NCBI RefSeq assembly: GCF_006345805.1
Contig: NC_043017.1
Location: 27,280,001 to 27,344,000 of the forward strand
DNA: 64,000 bases
Source: Octopus sinensis
Lineage: Eukaryota
Direction of reading: 5' to 3'
The position numbers and the translations under genes were made by a program. Below, one piece after another: positions 1 to 12,552 of the stretch. Within the stretch, counting starts at the first letter, position 1. Each line of letters opens with the position of its first letter. Below the pieces are notes generated by a model, which worked only from the letters and a program-made list of their open reading frames with translations, did no database searches and had not been told where the DNA came from.

Positions 1-174
1 CTACTACTACCACCAATACTACCACCACCACTGCTACTACCACCACTACTACTACTACCACTACTACTACTACTACTACTACCACCACTACTACTACTAC
101 TACCACTACCACCACTACCACCACCACTACTACTACTACAACAACTACTACTACTACTACTAATAATAATAATA

Positions 175-216
<42 letters not shown>
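1..216. repeat. Compound trinucleotide microsatellite (CTA/CCA)n then (ATT)n
   Basis: Directly visible repeat units. Confidence 0.95.
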
Positions 217-218
<2 letters not shown>

Positions 219-429
219 GTTTGACTTTTGCTTTGCATTTGCACAAGTTGGCTCCAAGTCTCACCTAGAGACTGACAAGCAAATCTGTGGCATTGAGCAG
301 AATATTGGCTATAGACCATCTTTTATACCAAGACAAAACAATGTACATGATAACACTTCCAATCAGTTAAGATCAGGAGCCACGAGAGCCACTGCATGGT
401 ACTGCATCAGAGCTTTTATTATTTTTAGC

Positions 430-589
430 GATATTCCGTCGGAGTTCGGAGTTCGAATGATACCAGTGTCAACTTTGTCAATCATCCTTTTTGGGATCGG
501 GAAATTAAGTACCAGTTACGCACTGGGGTCGATATAAGCGACTGGCTTCCTCCACAGAAACGTCAGGCGTTGTACCTAAAGTAGAAAGA

Positions 590-627
<38 letters not shown>

Positions 628-815
628 CATCATAAGATTGCAGAATTTTAGCACGCTGGGTGAAATGCTGAGTGGTTTTTCACTCATCGCTACGTTCTGA
701 GTTGAAATTTTGCCGATTCGACTTTGCCCTTCGTCCTGTCGTATCGATAAAATAAGAAACATCTGAATACTGGAGAGGAGGGGGAAGGATCGATGTAATC
801 GACTAGTCCCCTTCC
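430..815 (+). mobile_element. Two degenerate SINE-A-related fragments separated by (ATT)n
   Basis: aagtaccagttacgcactggggtcgat near 506-535 and tacgttctgagttgaaatttt...gtcgat near 692-800 match the SINE-A body. Confidence 0.7.
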
Positions 816-2034
816 CTCAAATTGCTGCCTATCATCATCGCCATCACGATCAACATCATCATCATCATCATCATCATCACTATGTTGTATATACGTCCAG
901 TCCATAAACACAAGCACAATTTCTTCCTCTTTCAACGTGTGCAAATTTATTGAATTCACATTCGATGTAAGTATTCGTTCAGGCTTTAACAGTTGTATAT
1001 TTTTGTATGTTATCTGTATTTTGTAAGTCCTGCGATACTGATAATATATGTAATTTCGTCTTGTTCTTATCGTAGCTAACGCTCCTAATATTCCTTGGAT
1101 TGTTTTGATTTCGTTCCGCTCGTTCGAGTTATCTCTGTTTCCAAATCGATATATTTGGCCAATTTCTCCAGTTCTTTTAAAGATATGATTTTCTATGCTG
1201 GCATTAATGTATCTGCGAGGAAATATTGTCATATATGATAGTATTGGCAAATACTATCTGTACGATTTGCCAATACTTCTCTGTCAGTTAAAACCAGTGT
1301 ATCCCAAAATATAGTTGCACATTTCTTCCTCGCATTTAATTTTCTCGCTGATGTTTATATCAATTTTGTATGGTCGCCATTTTACAATGCCAGATGTATG
1401 TGTGTGTGCGTTCCTCTGTGTGTGTGTGCGTGTGTGCGAGTGCCTGTGTATGCATATATGTGTGTATATGTACGTATATGCGTGTGCGTGTATATATATA
1501 TAAACATACACATTTGTGCATATATTCACATATGTACATATGTATTCATCCATGTATATACATATATATATATACATATAGATATATATATATATGTGTG
1601 TGTGTATGTATGTATGTATCTATTTATCCTTAAATCTACGCCTATCAAGAGATATGTATATGTAGACATATCTATGCACACACATATATAATTTAGTATA
1701 TATGATAGTAAAATATAATGTATATATATATACTATTTATATCATATGTGTGTGTGAATGTGTGAGTGTGTGTGTGTGTATGTATACATAGTGTATTAAA
1801 AGAGAAAATACAGGGAAATGTATTTGTTAGCAAAAATATCGGAATCAAGTTATAATAAACTCAGTGGGTACACATGAATTGCTTTATCTAAAACGACGAT
1901 AGCATTCCTTCGTGTTTAAGTTCTTGAGGAAAAAGCCAGAAGCCTATATAAGCCAGGTTTTGGTGCACTCGAGGTAAATATGCAAGCACTGGTAAAATAT
2001 TAGTCGTACTGATAAATGTTTAAAGATTTTCTCA

Positions 2035-2700
2035 GTTGCTGTAGTTGCCATGGCCTCTTCAACGTTGCTTGCGGCGATCTGCAAGGACTCTTGTCACCCC
2101 ACCCTCTGGGCAACTCAGTCTGATCCCGTGTGGGTCTATCCGAACAAGTTAAGTTTCTGTCTCGGCTGGTCCTTGAAGCGGTTCCTGCATTCTTCGCAGC
2201 GCGGTAAGCTGGCAGAAACGTTAGCACGCCGGGCGAAATACGTAGTCGTATTTCGTCTGCCGTTACGTTCTGAGTTCAAATTCCGCCGAGGTCGACTTTG
2301 CCTTTCATCCTTTCGGGGTCGATTAAATAAGTACCAGTTGCACACTGGGGTCGATGTAATCGACTTAATCCGTGTGTCTGTCCTTGTTTGTTCCCTCTGT
2401 GTTTAGCCCCTTGTGGGTAGTAAAGAAATAGGTTCCTGCATTCTTCGCTGTCTCTTTGTCCTGGGTGAGCTCACTGTAAATAATAGCCTTTTTTTTTTCA
2501 TTCTGGGCCTGCTTTTGCGTGAGCTGTGACTGATCTACCTGACGTTTCGCAGCACAGCATGAATTCAATCCTTGGGATGATGGCTTGCTGGAGGACTGTG
2601 TCGTTGGTAATGTATTCCTTCCATAAGATACCCATTATGGCAGAAATTTATCTTTAGTGTTCAATAGCCTCACCTACGTCTTGCGTTTTACCCAGCATTG
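2035..2700 (-). pseudogene. RTE-clade LINE ORF2 C-terminal remnant, interrupted by SINE-A
   Basis: Minus-strand translation across frameshifts and stops: IMGILWKEYITNDTVLQQA..PRIEFML...KAIIYSELTQ...RFKDQPRQKLNLFG...ESLQIAASNVEE. This matches the RTE C-terminal pattern I.GI.W.D.ITN..VL...P.IE.ML...PK.I.Y.EL..G.R..GR..KRFKD.LK. Confidence 0.75.
2198..2430 (+). mobile_element. SINE-A (tRNA-derived head, A1 tail), single copy with 18-bp TSD
   Basis: A-box-like tggcagaaacgttag, B-box gagttcaaatt, tail ...gtagtaaagaaata. TSD ggttcctgcattcttcgc at 2180-2197 and 2431-2448. Confidence 0.92.
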
Positions 2701-2725
2701 TGAGACATAGTGGTAAAATCGTGGA

Positions 2726-3118
2726 GGCGCAATGGCCCAGTAGTTAGGGCAGCGGACTCGCGGTCATAGGATCGCGGTTTCGATTCCCAGACCGGGCGTT
2801 GTGAGTGTTTATTGAGCGAAAACACATAAAGCCCCACGAGGCTCCGGCAGGAGATGGTGGTGATCCCTGCTGTACTCTTTCACCACAACTTTCTCTCACT
2901 CTTACTTCCTGTTTCTGTTGTACCTGTATTTCAAAAGGGCCGCCGGCCTTGTCTTGTCACTCTCTGTGTCACGCTGAATATCCCCCCGAGAACTACGTTA
3001 AGGATACACACGTGTCTGTGGAGTGCTCAGCCAACTTACACGTTAATTTCACGAGCAGGCTGTTCCGTTGATTCGGATCAACCGGAACGCTCGTTGTCGC
3101 AACCGACGGAGTGCTTCC
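2726..3118 (+). mobile_element. SINE-C (tRNA-derived head, about 390 bp)
   Basis: Head ggcgcaatggcccagtagttagggcagcgg...ggtttcgattccc has A/B boxes; near-identical copy at 22067-22426. Confidence 0.88.
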
Positions 3119-3229
3119 TCCTCCTAGCGGTGAAATCATTGAATAAAATCATAATTAACAGACCCTCCTATCTTTTCCTTTACATTCAGCCAGAATATAT
3201 TCAGCACCTTCTCGTCAATATCCTCTTTA

Positions 3230-3460
3230 ACTCTTTACTCTTTTACTTGTTTCTGTCATTTGACTGCGGCCATGATGGAGCACCGCCTTTTAATCGAGCA
3301 ACTCGACCCCCCAGGACTTATTCTTTTTTTTTTATAAGCCTAGTACTTATTCTATCGGTCTCTTTTGCTGAACCGCTAGGTAACGGGGACGTAAACACAC
3401 CAGCATCGGGTGTCAAACAATGCTAGGGGGACAAACACAGACACACAAACACACACACGC

Positions 3461-3495
<35 letters not shown>

Positions 3496-3662
3496 CATAT
3501 ATACGACGGGCTTCTTTCAGTTTCCGTCTACCAAATCCACTCACAAGGCTTTGGTCGGCCCGAGGCTATAGTAGAAGACACTTGCCCAAGGTGCCACTCA
3601 GTGGGACTGAACCCGGAACGATGTGGTTGGTAAGCAAGCTACTTACCACACAGCCACTCCTG
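3230..3662 (-). mobile_element. SINE-B (tRNA head + CORE-like domain + internal (TA)n(TG)n)
   Basis: Head ggcgcaggagtggctgtgtggtaag, CORE-like gtggcaccttgggcaagtgtctt, and (gtaaaaga)n tail, all on the minus strand. Confidence 0.9.
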
Positions 3663-3834
3663 TATATTTATACACATGGGTTTCCTTATGCTTCTGCGTG
3701 AAGGTGTCTTTGTTTTTGTGTGTGTGAAGCTGTCCACCACCACCATTTGTCGACCCGTGCTGGTTGCTTTCACTTTCCTTTACTAAATGCTTCAGAATTA
3801 CAAGCAATGTACCAGCCTTAAAAATAATTATATA

Positions 3835-3977
3835 GTGGCTGTGTGGTAAGTAGCTTGCTAACCAGCCACGTGGTTCCAGGTTCAGATCCACTACGTGGCA
3901 TCTTCTACTATAGCCCCGGGCCTCCCAATGCCTTGTGAGTGGATTTGGTAGACGGAAACTGAAATAAGCCCGTCGTA

Positions 3978-4033
<56 letters not shown>

Positions 4034-4257
4034 TATATATATATGTATGTATGTGTCTGTGTTTGTCCCCCTAGCATTGCTTGACAACCGATCCTGGTGT
4101 GTTTACGTCCCCGTCACTTAGCGGTTGGGCAAAGGCGACCGATAGAATAAGTATTACGCTTACAAAGAATAAGTCCTTGGGTCGATTTCCTCGACTAAAG
4201 GCGGTGCTCCATTATGGCCACAGTCAAATGACTGAAACAAGTAAATGAGTAAATGAG
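3835..4257 (+). mobile_element. SINE-B with expanded internal (TA)n
   Basis: Same consensus; internal TA tract about 3977-4045. Confidence 0.9.
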
Positions 4258-4722
4258 ATGTTCCAAGCTTAAAAAGAAACCAATATATATATATACGCGT
4301 GTGTACCGTGATCGATTTGTTTAACTAAACCGGTCAGCGCGGTGCTGCATCATGACCACCGTCCAATAACTGAAAAAAGTAAAAATTTCCAAGATAAAGT
4401 ATACCATATTTTTGTCCAAACCCAAGTCCCAGATAGTCCCAGTTAACCTCTGCTAGATTTACTGTTGCAGAATCATAGAAGATTCCAGATATTTCTTTCA
4501 GATTTTCCATGCGTTTTTTATTTGATATACTTCTATATCTCTTTATAGATTATTTGTTTTCAATATAGTTACCTGATAAAACTGATTCTTCTTTGCACCA
4601 GTTGATCTTCATAGGAAACTAAATAAATAATATTTCTTCGTATATTACCTGTATAATTTTTACCATATTTTCGCGAAATCCTTGTGTGCGTGATCTGTGA
4701 TATATATATATATATATATATA

Positions 4723-5103
4723 GGCGCAGGAGTGGCTGTGTGGTAAGTAGTTTGCTTACCAGCCACATGGCTCCGGGTTCAGTCCCACTGCGTGGCACCT
4801 TGGGCAAGAGTTTTCTACTATAGCCTCGGGTCGACCAAAGCCTTGTGAGTGGATTTGGTAGACGGAAACTGAAAGAAGCCCGTCGTATATATATATATAT
4901 ATATATGTGTGTGTTTGTCCCTCCCAACATCGCTTGACAACCGATGCTGGTGTATTTACGTCCCCGTATCTTAGCGGTTCGGCAAAAGAGACCGATAGAA
5001 TAAGTACTAGGCTTACAAAGAATACGTCCTGGGGTAGATTTGCTCGACTAAAGGCGGTGCTCCAGCATGGCCGCAGTCAAATGTTTGAAATAAGTAAAAA
5101 AAA
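4723..5103 (+). mobile_element. SINE-B
   Basis: Full head to tail; preceded by (TA)n. Confidence 0.9.
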
Positions 5104-5149
5104 AATGAGCAAGCATTTGCGAAGGAATTCGTCCAATCATCAACTGTAA

Positions 5150-5380
5150 GTTATACACACACACATATATACACACACCACAAAAACACACACATATATA
5201 TATATATATATATAACGCGACGGTCTTCTTCCAGTCTCCGTCTATCACATCCACTACAAAAGATTTGTTCAGGCCGAAGCAATAATAGAACTCTCTTGTA
5301 CAAAATGCTACACACTGGGAATGAACCCGGAATGATGTGGATAAGAAGCAAGGTTCCTCGTACAAGGCCACACTTGCCCC
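5150..5380 (-). mobile_element. Old degenerate SINE-B 5' half
   Basis: gacggtcttcttccagtctccgtctatc...gaacccggaatgatgtgg resembles the reverse complement of SINE-B. Confidence 0.65.
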
Positions 5381-5499
5381 TGCGCAATCATTTGTCTCAC
5401 TTCCAAGATGGTTTCTTTTGTAAACCTTAATCTTACGTGCCTCCCTTCGAAACAGCTAAAACAGCACGGTGGTATAATCGAAACGGAGCCGGAAAAATG

Positions 5500-5892
5500 C
5501 TCTCTCTCTTTTACTCTTCTACTTGTTTCAGTCATTTGACTGCGGCCATGCTGGAGCACCGCCTTTAGTCGAGCAACTCGACCGCAGGACCTATTCTTTG
5601 TAAGCCTAGTACTTATTCTAGACTGCTAAGTTACGGTGACGTAAACACACCACCATCGGTTGTCAAGCAATGCTAGGGGGGACAAACACAGACACACAAA
5701 CACACACACGCATATATATATATATATACTTTATATACGACGGGCTTCTTTCAGTTTCCGTCTACCAAATCCACTCACAAAGCTTTGGTCGGCCCGAGGC
5801 TATAGTGAAAGACACTTGCCCAAGGTGCAACGCAGTGGGACTCAACCCGGAACCATGTGGTTGGTAAACAAGCTACTTACCACACAGCCACT
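5500..5892 (-). mobile_element. SINE-B
   Basis: Consensus match on the minus strand. Confidence 0.9.
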
Positions 5893-6557
5893 GTGGTATT
5901 TCAAACATCTTTAAGTTCTGAGTTCAAACGTCACTGTGGTGGACTTGCCCTTTTGTTTCCTCTGGGCTCGATAAAGCAATATCCAGCTGAACTCTGCTGT
6001 CGATGAAATCGATTTAATGCTTCCCCAAGAAATAACTGGTCTTGTGCCAAAATTTGAAACCAATATTTTCAAACATTATTTTCAACAGATCTACAATTTC
6101 ACGAACTTCATGTCTGAATACATCTTTCTTTTGTTGGTTGAGTAACTTTTAATAACGCTCATATTTTATCTTGTGTATATATTAATGATGATTCATTATA
6201 TTTCCATGAAAGTCTAACGCTAATACAAATAAAACAGTTACTCTTTCGCTACCTAATATATAATTTTATCAATTTGTTCACGTTCACTTATTTATATGAA
6301 GCAAATATATTTAGTTTATTTTCGTACTAATTTCTTTGATTTATCCAATTAGTACTTCTTTATTCTGCATAGACGTATGTATTTAGAATCTTGATCTTCA
6401 TATAACTGTTTATTTACGAGTATACATCAAAGACGATATCATTGCTTTAAGAGTTTCAGTTCAAATTTTGCCATAATTTATTTAACATAGTTTTAATCTT
6501 TGCTATATTTTATCTCAGCTTCATATTTTACAGTTGATATTTTCTTCCTCAGTACGT

Positions 6558-6965
6558 ACCTATTTCTTTATTACCCACAAGTGGCTAAAGACAGAGGGGA
6601 CAAACAGGGACAGACATAGGTATTAAGTCGATTACATCGACCCCAGTGCGTAACTGGTACTTAATTTATCGACTCCGAAAGGATGAAAGGCAAAGTCGAC
6701 CTCGGCGGAATTTGAACCCAGAACGTAACGGCAGACGAAATACCTATTTCTTTACTACCCACAAGGGGCTAAACACAGAGAGGACAAACAAGGACAGACA
6801 AACGGATTAAGTCCATTATATCGACCCCAGTGCGTAACTGATACTTAATTTATCGACCCCGAAAGGATGAAAGGTAAAGTCGACCTCGGCGGAATTTGAA
6901 CTAAGAACGTAGCGGCAGACGAAATACCGCTTAGCATTTCGCCCGGCGCGCTAACGATTCTGCCA
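6558..6965 (-). mobile_element. SINE-A dimer (head+body+body)
   Basis: Two bodies joined at gacgaaatacctatttc (about 6736-6750), i.e. tail aaagaaata joined to ggtatttcgtc on the minus strand. Confidence 0.9.
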
Positions 6966-7437
6966 CAAGTTCATCTATACAATAAGAAGGTTAACTTTTC
7001 ATTTGTAGAGAAGCTATCCACGTATAGACTTGTGAATTACGGTTTGTTGTGGCAATTACTGACAGAAGGAAGCTGAATGGAGATGGACGGTTTCTTTGGG
7101 GCTATCCATCATCTGAATAAGACTAGGATGCTTTGATTTGCGTTCGTTACAGTTCAATATCTAACCTTATGTCAATATGATATATCATTACACACAGCAA
7201 TGTTTAGTATTAATGAATAATAGAATAAGCTACAGATTCTATTGAGATGAACAGAATAAAACCGAACATTCAAATGTAAAACTTGGGCTTAATGTTGATT
7301 ATCCATATCAATAAATAATCCGTAAAAAGACAATCCAGACAAAAGAGTTTTCTGAACTGGCAAATATTTACAGCGAAAACCGCAATTTCAATAGTTTCAT
7401 ATGCCGTTGTGTAACTAGCCTATATTTTCTATCATAA

Positions 7438-7483
<46 letters not shown>

Positions 7484-8437
7484 ATATATATGCGCTCAGA
7501 CACACACATACACGTATATATGTATATGTATATATACATATACGTTTGTGTGTGTGTGTGCATGTGTGCGTGTATAGATATTTGTGTAGGCTCATGGCCT
7601 GGTAGTATGTAAATATATATAATTATACATGTATGTATTATACAAATCTATCTACGACACGATTCTTTCAGTTTCCGTCTAGCAAATCAGCACACTAAGA
7701 CACACACACACACACACACACACACCACACACATATATGTGTATATAGCTTGGAGGAGTGTTTTGGAAATTGACTAAAATTTTCGTAACGTGTAAATTTT
7801 CGTTAATTATTCTAAATGAATATATACTTAATTAAAATGTAGCAAATTAGGCCAGTACATATTGACCTTTGTATTCTGATTGCTTTATTCTTACATTTTT
7901 CTCTGACATTATTTCTAAAACGTCTTTATCGGTTATTATTCTTAGAAATTTGATTCATACGAAAGTTGTTGACAATAGAACTTCGTCAACGGCGTTATCG
8001 AATGTGTTGTACGATCGAACCTTTAAATAAATATCGCCATCTAAACGATGGATTTCGTCGGTTACTCATTTCGCCAGTTACTAATTGTGGCCAAACTCGT
8101 TCGCTCCATTTGCCTCTATGATAGAAGCTATTTGACCAAGATGATAGAGAGTCTAATCGTAAACACAACATTGTGTCTCTGGGACGGACCTTTTTTTTCA
8201 CACATCGATACATATAGACGTTTACACTTATTCATACATACATGAGTATGCGTATGAATACGTGTATGTGTGTATGTGTGTGAAAGAAATAATGTTAGAC
8301 TCTCGTAGATTAAGAACGATATTCCAGCAAATTCTTGCTGAAAAACAGCACAAGTGATTTGTTTATTGAAGTCAAATGTATGTGTTGTACATTAGGTTTT
8401 CATTAAATCGAGGTTGCTCGAACAGGTTTATAGTGTA

Positions 8438-8824
8438 CTAGCAGTATCGCCCGGCGTTGCTCGGTTTGTAAGGGAAATAACTATATAAGCATTTTTAGAG
8501 AGTTATAGCCAAAAAAATGCATTAACAATGGATAAAAAATGGTAATTTTTTTTTAAATCGTTGACTCATCGTAGACATTTTTAGAGAGTTACTTCCCTTA
8601 TATAATAGCGAAAAAATGCATTAAAAATGGAAAAAAAATGATGGTAATTTTTTTTTAATCGTAGACTCATCATAGATGCGCACTAATACCCAGAAGGGCT
8701 CGATATGAATCACGACTATAAGATACCCGGTTTTGATTAAACTGCAACGCAAAATGTGGGAGTAGTTAGGAATCTAAATCGTAGGAGACAGACACTCACA
8801 CAACTTCACTTTTATATATATAGA
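8438..8824 (-). mobile_element. Non-autonomous Helitron
   Basis: On the minus strand: starts TC, ends cccgagcaacgccggg hairpin + atactg + CTAG, inserted between A and T with no TSD. Two more copies at 47452-48233. Confidence 0.85.
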
Positions 8825-9053
8825 TTACTCCTCGGGTGTCAAAGTGATGGGTTAGCAACATGAAATGAATTGTTTTGCTAGAGAGCATAAAACACTACAA
8901 GTTCCAGAATTTGAAACCATGATCATGTAGTCGAGAAAGCCTCACACTAACTACCAGACCATGAACCCGCACAAATATCTATACACGCACGCACACAGAC
9001 ACACACACGCACATACACACAAGCACATATATATATATATATATATATATATG

Positions 9054-9915
9054 ATGAGAATTTACAGAAAATTCAAAACACGAAAACAGGTATGTAAACA
9101 ACAAACAGATGTATTAGTTTAACGCTCGGGAAGTGCGAAAGTCTTTTACATTTCGAGCCTACGCTCTTCGACAGAAAAGAACACTGAAATAAACAGGGAG
9201 AGGAAATAGAAAAAAAGGTTTGGTGGCTAGTGATCTATCATGGCGAATGCCGGGCAGAGGGGTCACATAGGGGAGCTAGGAAGAAGGGGAGATAATAAAG
9301 TAGTGGTGATCCCAACACGAAGGTGCGCGTGCGTCTGTATGTGAGAGCGTGTATGTGCTTGTGGAAGCAGGCTGGTGAATTTCGCGTGTGCGTGTGAGCA
9401 TGTGTAGGGGTGTGGATGATGGTGTGGGTGCTGCGAGTGGTCAGTGCTAGTTTGTGCGGTATGGTGTGTGGTTGGTCTAGTGGTGTGTGGTGTGTGTTGT
9501 ACTGGTTTTGTGCGATGGTGTGTGTTTTGGTGTGGTGGTGTTGGGGTGTGGGGGAGGTAAGAGTGTGGGAAGCAAGGGTGGGTCTAATGGATGGGGTAGG
9601 GTTGGGATGGGAGGTTTAGGGATGGTGGGTTAGAATATGTAGGGGTGGAGTAACGAGGGAAGAGATGTGACGATGTAGGGAGAGAGCGGAGGAAGAAGAA
9701 GATTGGTAGGAGTGAAGATGGAAGTAGGTGCCAGATCAAGAGAGGAGAGTTGGGTTGGAGGAAGTAGGTATGAGATGAGGAGAGGAGAGAGGCGGAATGT
9801 TAGATGAAGAGGGGGGAGAGTTTAGCCCATGTGGCACAAAGGAGCGAATAGAGAAAATTAATCTCTGCTCATGGCGTAGACGGGAGTCCGGATGGTCTCT
9901 GTGCAAGGACACGTA
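9054..9915 (-). mobile_element. Penelope-like element 3' part (GIY-YIG C-terminus + 3' region)
   Basis: Minus frame SLHRDHPDSRLRHEQRLIFSIRSFVPHGLNS matches the PLE endonuclease end (R...EQ.LIF.L....P.GLN). Degenerate hammerhead-like cgaagagcgtaggctcgaaa near 9150-9170. Flanked by (TA)n and (ATAC)n. Confidence 0.75.
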
Positions 9916-9924
9916 TATATATGC

Positions 9925-10300
9925 CTGCATACATAAATACATACATACATACATAAATACATAAATACATACATACATAAATACATACATAAATACATAC
10001 ATAAATACGTACATATATAAATACATACATGAATACATACATATATAAATACATACATACATACATACATACATACATACATACATACATACATACATAC
10101 ATACATACATACATACATACATAAATACATAAATACATAAATACATAAATACATGCATACATAAATACATGCATACATAAATACATAAATACATGCATAC
10201 ATAAATGCATACATACATAAATACATACATGCATAAATACATACATGCATACATACATACATGCATACATAAATACATACATACATACATACATATGTGA
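9925..10300. repeat. (ATAC/ATAA/ATGC)n tetranucleotide tract
   Basis: Visible units; source of three spurious ORFs. Confidence 0.95.
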
Positions 10301-10978
10301 AAGCATAGATATACGCATACATTCATATTTAGATGCGTATATCGAAGCGTTTGAAAATCAATGAAATACTAAAGCTGTTAGTTAATTGACTGCGTACCCA
10401 GATTGATTTATTAATTAACACTATCTGTTTTTCAACGTAATGATGCAAATGTTGGACTGCTACAAATTGCAGGACATCGATTATTTTAGCCGGCCAATCG
10501 TTGATGACGTACATAGATAGACACAACTGTCTTTTCTGTGGCTGCGCGTTCCGCTGATGAAGGCGTTGCTTTCGCTATTATCTCTTCCTACCATTTTTCC
10601 CGATTTTGCGTATGCTTAATCGCAACGGTTGTCAAAAATGAACCGATGAGGTCGGCGCTATCGAGGGCAATGTATCCGGCGAATGTATTTGTTGTTATAG
10701 CTGTTCGTGATTAAGAATATTAAAGCGTTGATGATAAGGGCAAGTTCAGGGCAGCAACATTTGATATTACTGATGGCAATGATAAAATATTGATGAAAAT
10801 AGTTACTAACGATAACGACGGTTAATGAGGCCGGTTCTCCAAGACAACTCCAGTGTCAACGTTACAGCTACTGTTCGTTGGAATTGTGATGATGTTTACA
10901 ATTATTACCAAGCAAGGTGCTGATCAACTGTATCCCTGCCTAAATTCATTGCCGCTGATTTTCATTCTAGGAATTATG

Positions 10979-11017
<39 letters not shown>

Positions 11018-11018
<1 letters not shown>

Positions 11019-11183
11019 AGTTCAGCAAAAAATTAGATTTAAATGAATATGGTACTTAATTTAGATGCACGAGAATTCTGTATGGTGTTATCTATAAAAA
11101 TCCGTGGGTGGATTATAATCAAAATAAGCAACAAGAATGACTCCAAATTACCGGAGTCATTCTTGTTGCTTATTTTGATTATA
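11018..11183. mobile_element. Short (TA)n-flanked element ending in a perfect 31-bp hairpin
   Basis: Arms 11114-11144 and 11153-11183 are exact reverse complements with an 8-nt loop; inverted homolog at 12365-12555. Confidence 0.7.
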
Positions 11184-11258
11184 TATATATGGTATGTATT
11201 ATATATCTATGAATGTATGTATATATGTATATATAGATATATATATATATATATATAT

Positions 11259-11295
<37 letters not shown>

Positions 11296-11320
11296 TATAC
11301 ATAGATAAATATATATATGG

Positions 11321-11352
<32 letters not shown>

Positions 11353-11402
11353 TAAATATATATATGTATATATATATATATATATATACACAGACACTAT
11401 AT

Positions 11403-11436
<34 letters not shown>

Positions 11437-11487
11437 AAATATATATGATATATATCATATATATATACACATAAGACACACACACAA

Positions 11488-11520
<33 letters not shown>

Positions 11521-11562
11521 TATAATAATATATATTGTATATATATATATATATACACACAG

Positions 11563-11600
<38 letters not shown>

Positions 11601-11604
11601 TTAA

Positions 11605-11639
<35 letters not shown>

Positions 11640-11646
11640 GACACAC

Positions 11647-11678
<32 letters not shown>

Positions 11679-11692
11679 CATATTAAATATAC

Positions 11693-11723
<31 letters not shown>

Positions 11724-11745
11724 CATATATAAATATACATTATAA

Positions 11746-11776
<31 letters not shown>

Positions 11777-11947
11777 TAAATATACATATATAAATATATA
11801 TATATATATATCTATATATATATATATATACATATATAAATATACATATATAAATATATATATATCTATATATATCACATATATAAATATATATATGTAT
11901 ATATATATATATACACAGACACATATATATATACATATATAATATAC

Positions 11948-11993
<46 letters not shown>

Positions 11994-12329
11994 TAAATAT
12001 ATATATGTATATAATATATATATACATATATAATATATATATGTTTATATAATATATACACAGACACATATATATATATATATTATACATATATAAATAT
12101 ATATATGTATATATATATATTACACAGACACATATATATATATATATATATATACATATATAAATAATATATATATATATATATATATATACACAGCACA
12201 TATATATATATATATATATATCATACATAAATATATATGTATATATAATATATACACAGACACATATATATATATATATATACATATATAAATATATATA
12301 TTATATATATATATATATTATATATATAT

Positions 12330-12364
<35 letters not shown>
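11184..12364. repeat. About 1.2-kb imperfect (TA)n tract with interspersed cacagacac units
   Basis: Visible. Confidence 0.95.
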
Positions 12365-12365
<1 letters not shown>

Positions 12366-12552
12366 CAAGAAATAAGCAACAAGAATGGATTGTTTTTCAG
12401 TACAATCCAGTCTTGTTGCTTTTTTCTTGTTTATAATCACCCCACATTACTTTATGGTTAATACCATATAGATTTCTGGTGCATCTAATTTAAGTAACGC
12501 ATTCATGTGAATTAATGGGAACTCACTTGAATCTTAATTGCTTTTACTGAGA

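Noticed and set aside
2726-3118. Assigning SINE-A/B/C to the published octopus OK, OR1 and OR2 names
   Set aside because: I cannot verify which consensus is which without the reference sequences, so neutral labels are used.
2854-3701. ORFs such as MLGGQTQTHKHT... and MFIERKH... that recur across the window
   Set aside because: They are reading frames through SINE-B and SINE-C.
10548-10575. ctgatgaaggc, a possible hammerhead start
   Set aside because: No downstream GAAA or stem III.
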